64,000 bases of DNA, from the NCBI GenBank assembly GCA_903910585.1, contig CAIWAH010000141.1:9261-73260 (forward strand), in the 5' to 3' direction. Position numbers and translations under genes: made by a program. Shown here one piece after another: positions 57,575 to 64,000 of the stretch. Each line of letters starts with the position of its first letter. Position 1 is the stretch's first letter. This DNA comes from an uncultured Verrucomicrobiota bacterium (lineage in GTDB: Bacteria; Verrucomicrobiota; Verrucomicrobiia; Limisphaerales; UBA9464). The notes under the pieces were generated by a model, which ran no database searches, had not been told where the DNA came from, and saw only the letters and a program-made list of their open reading frames with translations.

Positions 57575-59470
57575 ATGAAGAATTCCAAGTTCCAGACGCT
57601 TCTCTACTCTACCGCCGGCGTGGCGCTGGTGTTCATCGCCGTCGTCGGTGCCAACCTGATCTTCAGCCCGGTGCGCGCCCGCGTGGACCTGACCGCTGAC
57701 CGGTTGCACACGCTGTCGGACGGCACCAAGGCAATCCTCACCAAGCTCGATGCGCCGATTCAGGTCCGGCTCTACGTGAGTCAGGGCAAGGACCGCATGC
57801 CGAGCGCCATCCAACCCTACGTGCAGCGGGTGGAGGATTTGCTCGCCGAGTTCAAAGCCCAATCCAAGGGCAACCTCGAGATCAAAAAGTTCGATCCGGA
57901 ACCGGATTCCGAGACCGAAGATTCGGCCAAGCTGGACGGCATCGAGCCCATCAGCCTGCAGCAGATGAGCGCGGAGCCGTTCTACCTCGGGCTGGCCATC
58001 GAGTATGCCCCGCAAAAGGTCGCGATTCCGTTCCTGTCGCCCCAACGGGAGAAGCTGCTGGAATACGATCTCGCCCGGGCCATCACCCAGGTGCTGTCCA
58101 CCAACAAGCCCGTCATCGGCGTGATGTCTCCCCTGCAGGTCATGGGCGGGTTCAACCCCATGGCGATGCAGATGGGCCGGCAGCCGCAGCAAAGCGAACC
58201 CTGGGTGTTCGTGAACGAGCTGAAGCGTGATTTCGACGTCCAGGCCTTGGGCATGGACGTGGACAAGATTGACGACAACATCAAGGTGCTGGTCGTCCTG
58301 CATCCCAAGGACATCACTCCCAAGGCCGAGTTCGCGATTGATCAATTCGTGCTGCGCGGCGGCAAGCTGGTGGCTTTCCTCGACGCCCTCTGCCTCGCCG
58401 ACAACCGGAATCCCAATCCGATGGGTTTCAATCTCGGCGGCGGTTCGACCTTTCCAAAACTGCTGAAGCACTGGGGTTACGAGTTCGACACGTCCAAAGT
58501 GGTCTCGGACACCGACTACATGCGGCAGTTGCAGGGGCGCGACGGCCGGCCCCAGTTGGTGCCGTCCTTCCTGTTCCTGAACGCGAATGCCATCAACAAG
58601 GACGATGCCGTGACCGGCCAACTTGATGACGTTTGGCTGCCGTTCGCCGGCGCGTTCACGGGCAAGGCTGTCGACGGTCTGAAGGCGGACGTGCTGTTCC
58701 ACTCGTCCAAGAATTCCCAACTGACCGACGGCGTCACCTCGCAGTTGAACGGCGGCAAGGTCGTGGACGAATTCAAACCGAGCGGAGTCGAGTATTCGCT
58801 GGGCCTGCGCCTGACCGGCAAGTTCAAGAGCGCGTTCCCGGATGGCAATCCGTCTGACACCAACTCGGTCGCGGGCGCGACCAACGCTCCGGCTGGCGGA
58901 TTCCTGAAGGAGGCGACTGCTGAGGGCGCGGTTTACCTCGTCGGCGACGCAGACCTGCTTTCTGACCAGTTCAGCGTGCGTGTGGACCAGATGTTCCGGA
59001 TGGCCTATCCGCTGAACGGCAACCTGACGTTCATGCAGAACCTCATCGAACAGGCGACGGGCGATGCCAACCTCATCACCGTCCGCAGCCGCGCCTCGCT
59101 GCGCCGGCCGTTCACGGTAGTGCAGGAGATGGAAAGCAAGGCGCGCATCGCCTATCAGGCCAAGATCGAGTCGCTCGACAAAAAGCTGCAGGACCTGCAG
59201 TCCAAGCTGAACGACTTCCAGATCAAGAAGGAGGGCAACACGGCCAAGATCATCCTGTCGCCCGAGCAACAGCAGGCGCTCAAGCAAGTCAACGAGGAGC
59301 AGGCCAACACCCGCAAGGAGCTCCGCAAGGAACGGCGCAACCTGCGGCTGGAGGTCGAGTCCCTCGAAAACCGGCTGAAGTGGCTGAACATCGCCGCCAT
59401 GCCGCTCCTGGTGACCGCGACCGGCATCGGGCTCGCCGTGACCCGGCGCAAGCGCACTTCGGCCCGCTGA
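57575..59470 (+). CDS. GldG-like ABC transport auxiliary protein
   Basis: N- and C-terminal TM anchors, a large periplasmic domain, a coiled-coil tail, and position after GldA/GldF-like genes. Confidence 0.75.
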   Translation: MKNSKFQTLLYSTAGVALVFIAVVGANLIFSPVRARVDLTADRLHTLSDGTKAILTKLDAPIQVRLYVSQGKDRMPSAIQPYVQRVEDLLAEFKAQSKGNLEIKKFDPEPDSETEDSAKLDGIEPISLQQMSAEPFYLGLAIEYAPQKVAIPFLSPQREKLLEYDLARAITQVLSTNKPVIGVMSPLQVMGGFNPMAMQMGRQPQQSEPWVFVNELKRDFDVQALGMDVDKIDDNIKVLVVLHPKDITPKAEFAIDQFVLRGGKLVAFLDALCLADNRNPNPMGFNLGGGSTFPKLLKHWGYEFDTSKVVSDTDYMRQLQGRDGRPQLVPSFLFLNANAINKDDAVTGQLDDVWLPFAGAFTGKAVDGLKADVLFHSSKNSQLTDGVTSQLNGGKVVDEFKPSGVEYSLGLRLTGKFKSAFPDGNPSDTNSVAGATNAPAGGFLKEATAEGAVYLVGDADLLSDQFSVRVDQMFRMAYPLNGNLTFMQNLIEQATGDANLITVRSRASLRRPFTVVQEMESKARIAYQAKIESLDKKLQDLQSKLNDFQIKKEGNTAKIILSPEQQQALKQVNEEQANTRKELRKERRNLRLEVESLENRLKWLNIAAMPLLVTATGIGLAVTRRKRTSAR

Positions 59471-59539
59471 GTCCTCCGAGTCTTCACCGAAACTTCCAGA
59501 ATCACCTGCGGCCCCCGAGCCGCACTTTTTGAGACGACG

Positions 59540-60730
59540 ATGAAATCGAAACAATTGACCCTTCTGGTGCTTGCAGCCGTGGTCCTTGGCGGCGGCGGAC
59601 TGCTGGTCCTCAAGAACCGCCAGTCGGAATTCGCCGACGCCAAGACGAACGTGGGCGGCCTGCTTCTGGGCTCCTTCGACGTCACCTCCGTTGCCGGCCT
59701 GCGCATCACGCAGGGCTCCAACTCCGTCAACGTGGTCAAGTCCGGCGACGACTGGGTCGTGAAGGAGCGCGGCAGTTACCCGGCGAACTTCGACGAGGTT
59801 CGCTCGCTGGTCCGCAAACTGTCCGAACTCAAGGTCACCCAACCGGTCAAAGTGGGCCCCTCCCGGTTGCCGATGCTGGAACTGACCAAGGAAGCCGGCA
59901 CCCAGGTCGAGCTGCTCGACAAGGATGGCAAGGCTCTGAAGTCCCTCACCTTGGGCAAACAGCTCACCGCGGGCGGCAATGACAATTCCCCGTTTGGCGG
60001 CGGAGGAATGCCCAACGGCCGCTACGTGCAGACCGGCACCGGGGCCGACAACATCTCGGTCGTCAACGACCCGCTGAGCTCCGCCAAGACCGATGGCTCG
60101 GAGTGGATTGCCAAGGAGTTCATCAAGGTCGAGCAGCCGATCGGCGTGGTCGTGGCAGGCAGCTCTCCCACCAACAGCTATTCACTGGCCCGCACCAACG
60201 AATTTGCCGACTGGACCCTCGCCGATGCCACGGCGGGCGAACAGCTCGACAAGAACAAGCTCTGGAGTTTCAACAGCCTGCTGAGCTCACCCAGCTTCAA
60301 TGACCTCGTGCTCAATCCGGACCCGGCCAAGCTGGGCCTCGACCAGCCGACCAAGGCCACGATCCGCACCGCCGGTGGATTCGTCTACGAGGTGAAGCTC
60401 GGCAAACCCGACGGCGACAACTACCCGCTGCAGGTGTCGGTCAGCGCCGAGCTCAAAAAGGAGCGTGAGGCGGGCAAGGACGAGAAGCCGGAGGACAAGG
60501 CGAAGCTCGACAAGGAGTTTGCCGAAAAACTGGCGAAGCAGCAGGAGAAGCTGAAGGCCGAACAGGCGTTCGGGAAATGGACCTACACCGTGAGCAAATG
60601 GACCGTTGATGCCCTCCTCAAGGGACGTGCCGAGCTGCTGGCCGACAAGAAGGCCGAGGAAAGCAAGCCGGCCGGTTCGGCCACGGAATCGCTGGGCATC
60701 GAGCTGCCGAAGATCCCGGGTGCCCAGTAA
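59540..60730 (+). CDS. DUF4340-like periplasmic protein
   Basis: N-terminal anchor MKSKQLTLLVLAAVVLGGGG and the usual position after GldG-like genes. Lys/Glu-rich C-terminus. Confidence 0.6.
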   Translation: MKSKQLTLLVLAAVVLGGGGLLVLKNRQSEFADAKTNVGGLLLGSFDVTSVAGLRITQGSNSVNVVKSGDDWVVKERGSYPANFDEVRSLVRKLSELKVTQPVKVGPSRLPMLELTKEAGTQVELLDKDGKALKSLTLGKQLTAGGNDNSPFGGGGMPNGRYVQTGTGADNISVVNDPLSSAKTDGSEWIAKEFIKVEQPIGVVVAGSSPTNSYSLARTNEFADWTLADATAGEQLDKNKLWSFNSLLSSPSFNDLVLNPDPAKLGLDQPTKATIRTAGGFVYEVKLGKPDGDNYPLQVSVSAELKKEREAGKDEKPEDKAKLDKEFAEKLAKQQEKLKAEQAFGKWTYTVSKWTVDALLKGRAELLADKKAEESKPAGSATESLGIELPKIPGAQ

Positions 60731-60762
60731 ATCCAGTGGGGCAGCCGCATCTCCCTGACTCA

Positions 60763-60792
60763 CCCGCCGACAGCCTGGCTGCGGCGGGTTTT
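60763..60792 (+). terminator. rho-independent terminator after the DUF4340-like gene
   Basis: cccgccgacag..ctgcggcggg stem (10 bp, one bulge) followed by TTTT. Confidence 0.65.
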
Positions 60793-60950
60793 CTGTGCCA
60801 ATGGGTGCAGGCGGCAGAATCGAGTTCCGCCAGCCAATCGGGTCCGGACAACCGTGAAGGGGATTCATCGTCGCCGGAGGATTTGCGCCTGACACGTCAG
60901 GTGGAACCCTGACCTTCGGAACCGAGGTTGGTCATTGCCGAATCACGAAC

Positions 60951-62228
60951 ATGTTCACCCGAAACTCCATCGAAGAACGCGTCCGCATCTCCTACACGAT
61001 TCTCGAGCGACTGCGGCGCCCCAACGGCGGTTACGTGGCGAGTCCGTATTCGGCGGAGGACGGGTCCGGCGACGCCTACAACGTATTCTGGATCCGGGAC
61101 ATCATGTTCGCCACCTACGCGAACGAGTATCTGGGGTGCTTCGACCGGATGATCGAGAGCTTCCGGCTCGTCCTGGACATCTTCAAACGCTACCACCTGC
61201 GCATCATCCGGGCCTCGATCGTGAAGCCCGACGTCAACTACCAGCGCGGCGACTTCATGCCGGCTCGGGTCCACCCGACCACGCTGGAATCCATCACGGA
61301 CGACTGGGGGCACCACCAGCTCGATGTGTTCGGGCTGTTCATGTATAAGATGGGTGACCTCATCCGGAAGGGCTACGGGTTCCGCTTCACGCGCGAGGAC
61401 TACATGCTCATCAGCCACATCCGGAACTACATCTACAATCTCGGCTTTGAGCCGGACTTCGGCATGTGGGAGGAAGGGCCGGAAGAGCACGTCAGCAGCT
61501 ATGGCGCGGTGCTCGGCGGCCTCATGATGTGGCACGACCGCGGCTACTACGATTACAAGTATCGGCAGAAGATCGAGATCGGCCTCCACGTGCCGGTCAG
61601 CGAGCGGATGATTGCCGATGGCCGCGCAGCGCTTGCCCGGCTGTTGCCCCGGGAGTCTCCCAGCCGGCCGTGCGATCTCGCGCAGCTCAGCCTGATCTGG
61701 CCTTACAGCATCGTGGACTACGACACCAAGCTGCTGCTCCTGCAGCAGGTGGAGAAGCATCTCGTCGGGGAACGGGGCGTGAGCCGTTATCCGGGTGACG
61801 TCTATTGCGGCAAGGGGCTGGTTCCCCACCACGGCGAAACGGCCCAGTGGCCGCTTGGGTTTGCGTGGCTGGCCATCTGCTATGCGAAGTTCGCGGAACA
61901 CGGTTTCGGCTACCGCGCCGACCGGAGCTCGTTCCCGTTGAGCTGGGAGGTGCGGCAGGAATACTTTTCCAAGGCCGTCCACTACTTCATGCGCCTCGAA
62001 TCGGTGATGACTCCGGAAGGCTACGTTCCGGAAATGTATGTGGGCGAACAGATGGGCCATAACACGCCCCTCGCATGGGCGCAGAGCTTCCACATCATCG
62101 CCGCGCAGATGCTGCTGAATCTCAGCCATCGGCACCCGCAGCAGTTCAGGCTTCCGGCCGAACTGCGTTTCGGAAAGCCGGGGCGGGCGGTATCCACCCC
62201 GACGCTGGGCGAGTCGCACCTGGGCTAG
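60951..62228 (+). CDS. glycoside hydrolase family 15-like (glucoamylase / phosphorylase-kinase-like) protein
   Basis: FWIRD, HHQLDVFGLF, GMWEEGPEEHVSSYGAVLGGL, and a C-terminal PLAWAQSFHI; typical (alpha/alpha)6 GH15 blocks. Confidence 0.75.
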   Translation: MFTRNSIEERVRISYTILERLRRPNGGYVASPYSAEDGSGDAYNVFWIRDIMFATYANEYLGCFDRMIESFRLVLDIFKRYHLRIIRASIVKPDVNYQRGDFMPARVHPTTLESITDDWGHHQLDVFGLFMYKMGDLIRKGYGFRFTREDYMLISHIRNYIYNLGFEPDFGMWEEGPEEHVSSYGAVLGGLMMWHDRGYYDYKYRQKIEIGLHVPVSERMIADGRAALARLLPRESPSRPCDLAQLSLIWPYSIVDYDTKLLLLQQVEKHLVGERGVSRYPGDVYCGKGLVPHHGETAQWPLGFAWLAICYAKFAEHGFGYRADRSSFPLSWEVRQEYFSKAVHYFMRLESVMTPEGYVPEMYVGEQMGHNTPLAWAQSFHIIAAQMLLNLSHRHPQQFRLPAELRFGKPGRAVSTPTLGESHLG

Positions 62229-62247
62229 CCAGCGGTTGCGGACCGAC

Positions 62248-64000
62248 TCAGTCGCCGTCGCCGTCTGACTTGCGCTCCCATTTTCGCAGGGCGCGCTCCG
62301 GCAGGCTGCGGTCGGCGATGGCGGAATACGTTCCGTCACCGAACGCTTCGGTCAGTGCGGTCTCGAACTCCACCGACGGTGCGACCGTGAAGTGGTTGTT
62401 GGGTTCCAGGTAGGCGATTTCCCCGCCCGGGAACCGCAGCGCGAGGAACAGCGGCACCGGACCACGGTGGGCCTCCACCAGCGACCGCACCGACTCCAGC
62501 TTCGCGCGGTCCAGCTTCGCGATGTCAAAGCGGAGCCGCACCTGTTTGGTGAGCTTACGGGGGGCGTCGTTGAGGCGCAGGATGTCCTGGGGAAACAGCT
62601 TGGGCTTGTCCTCGCCGGTGCTGACTTCGGAAGTGATCAGCAGGGCCTCGTTGGGGGCAAAGAGAGGTCGGAACTTCTCGTAGTTCTCGTTCATCGCGAG
62701 GATCTGCACTGTCCCGGTCAGGTCCTCGATGGTGACCATGGCGTATTTCTTGCCGGACTTCTTGCTGAAGCCGTCCTGCACGCCGGTGACCAGCCCGGCC
62801 ACGCGGGCCATGCCGCGGTTGGGGACGCTCGCCAATTCCTCGATGGTGTGGGTGGCGTAGCGTTCGGCGAGTCTGAGGGACGGCTGGAACGGATGGCCGC
62901 TGACATACATGCCGAGCAGTTCCTTCTCGTAGCTGAGGCGCTCGGAAGTCGGCCATTCGGGCAGAACCACGGGCTTCTCCACCTTCTTTTTGGGCGCGGC
63001 GTCGAAGGCGTCGAAGAGCGAGCTCTGGCCCTTTGCCTTGTCGGCGGCGAGCGACGAGGCGCGGGCCAGCGACTGATCCAGCAGGGCCATCAGGGTGGCG
63101 CGGTTGGGTCCGAGCGCGTCGCAGGCGCCGGCCTTGATGAGGCATTCGAGCACCTTTTTGTTCACCGCCCGGGTGTCGATCCGTTCGCAAAGGTCGGCAA
63201 GCGTGGCGAATCGCCCGCCGGCCTGGCGGGCTTCAAGGATGCTTTGAACGGCTACTTCACCGACGCCCTTGATGGCGGCGAGGCCGAAGCGGATGCGTTC
63301 GCGAGGTGGGCGGCCAGCCTGGCCGTCACGTAGTTCGGGCAGCTTGCCCGAATCCGTTCCCGGCAGGCTGGCAGCCTGCCCTACTTTGACGGGCGAGCCG
63401 CCCGTCCTGCTGAGCGACGCCGGTGCGAAGCTCACGTCGGATTCGTTCACATCCGGTCCGAGCACCTCGATGCCGAAGCCCTTAGCCTCGGCGATGTATT
63501 GCGCGAGCTTCGCCAGGTCAGCCTGGTCGTTTGTCATCATCGCGCAGAGGAACTCCACCGGATGGTTGGCCTTCAGATAGGCCGTCTGGTAGGCGACGAT
63601 GGCATAGGCGGCGGCATGGGACTTGTTGAAGCCATAGCCGGCAAATTTCTCCAGCAGGTCGAAAACCGAGTTCGCGTCCTTGGCGTTGATCTGATTCTTC
63701 TCGGCGCAGCCTTTGACGAAGGCTTCGCGCTGCTTCTGCATCTCCTCGACCTTCTTCTTGCCCATCGCGCGCCGGAGCAGGTCGGCGCCGCCCAGCGTGT
63801 AGCCGGCGAGGATCTGTGCCGCCTGCATGACCTGCTCCTGGTAGATGAGGACGCCGTAGGTCTCCTTGGAGATCGGCTCCAGCAGCGGATGCGGATACTC
63901 GACCTCCTTGCGGCCGTGGCGGCGCTCGATGAAGTCCGGAATCAGGTCCATCGGCCCCGGGCGGTAGAGCGAGACGAGCGCCGTGATGTGCTCGACGGAC
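62248..64000 (-). CDS. dnaE: DNA polymerase III alpha subunit, C-terminal part (N-terminus beyond window)
   Basis: The frame continues upstream of the track ATG through ..SVEHITALVSLYRPGPMDLIPDFIERRHG... Also QEQVMQAAQ, FNKSHAAAYA, and the OB-fold region. Confidence 0.93.
   Translation of the reverse strand, partial: SVEHITALVSLYRPGPMDLIPDFIERRHGRKEVEYPHPLLEPISKETYGVLIYQEQVMQAAQILAGYTLGGADLLRRAMGKKKVEEMQKQREAFVKGCAEKNQINAKDANSVFDLLEKFAGYGFNKSHAAAYAIVAYQTAYLKANHPVEFLCAMMTNDQADLAKLAQYIAEAKGFGIEVLGPDVNESDVSFAPASLSRTGGSPVKVGQAASLPGTDSGKLPELRDGQAGRPPRERIRFGLAAIKGVGEVAVQSILEARQAGGRFATLADLCERIDTRAVNKKVLECLIKAGACDALGPNRATLMALLDQSLARASSLAADKAKGQSSLFDAFDAAPKKKVEKPVVLPEWPTSERLSYEKELLGMYVSGHPFQPSLRLAERYATHTIEELASVPNRGMARVAGLVTGVQDGFSKKSGKKYAMVTIEDLTGTVQILAMNENYEKFRPLFAPNEALLITSEVSTGEDKPKLFPQDILRLNDAPRKLTKQVRLRFDIAKLDRAKLESVRSLVEAHRGPVPLFLALRFPGGEIAYLEPNNHFTVAPSVEFETALTEAFGDGTYSAIADRSLPERALRKWERKSDGDGD
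63312..63384. repeat. composite GC-rich palindromic repeat in frame inside dnaE; 23 nt identical to the aas element arm
   Basis: ggcaggctggcagcctgccctac (63362-63384) equals 14527-14549. It is preceded by the palindromes ggccagcctggcc (63312-63324) and ttcgggcagcttgcccgaa. Confidence 0.85.

Overview
High-GC (about 65%) bacterial chromosomal segment with about 58 protein-coding genes. I found no rRNA, tRNA, CRISPR array, transposase or integrase. The GFTLIE prepilin-like protein, the M56-secretin fusion and the GC-rich palindromic repeats translating as GQAASLP, SPSDGGEG or HSKTLAR suggest a PVC-group, Verrucomicrobiota-like organism; this is inference only.

Most of the window is housekeeping: mnmE, ilvD, hemL, argG, a sulfate-assimilation cluster (sulfite reductase, cysH, cysD, cysN), rpsO-pnp, aroA-cmk, htpG, dnaE and a GldAFG-like ABC system.

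Four things stand out:
1. A nearly gap-free ten-gene minus-strand operon (6426-12992) lies directly downstream of lnt and aas. It combines a Tes/GDGT-MAS-like radical SAM enzyme, an Lgt-family transferase, a membrane-anchored amidohydrolase, a DUF2157/GDYXXLXY pair and small membrane proteins. Some of these small proteins end in a lipobox-like ..TGC/..MGC motif a few residues before the C-terminus. This is a candidate undescribed envelope lipid or lipopeptide system.
2. A BlaI-type repressor is translationally coupled to a 1234-aa M56 (BlaR1-like) protease whose sensor domain is replaced by a secretin domain.
3. A low-GC 1.1-kb island carrying a SUKH/SMI1-type immunity-like gene splits cysD from cysN.
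4. Hairpin-forming repeat elements, and one heptanucleotide microsatellite, sit in frame inside intact housekeeping genes (radical SAM, aas, lnt, dnaE).

PNPase carries a duplicated S1 domain. All family assignments come from motif recognition by eye. No searches were run, and many start codons are uncertain because high GC produces long spurious N-terminal extensions.
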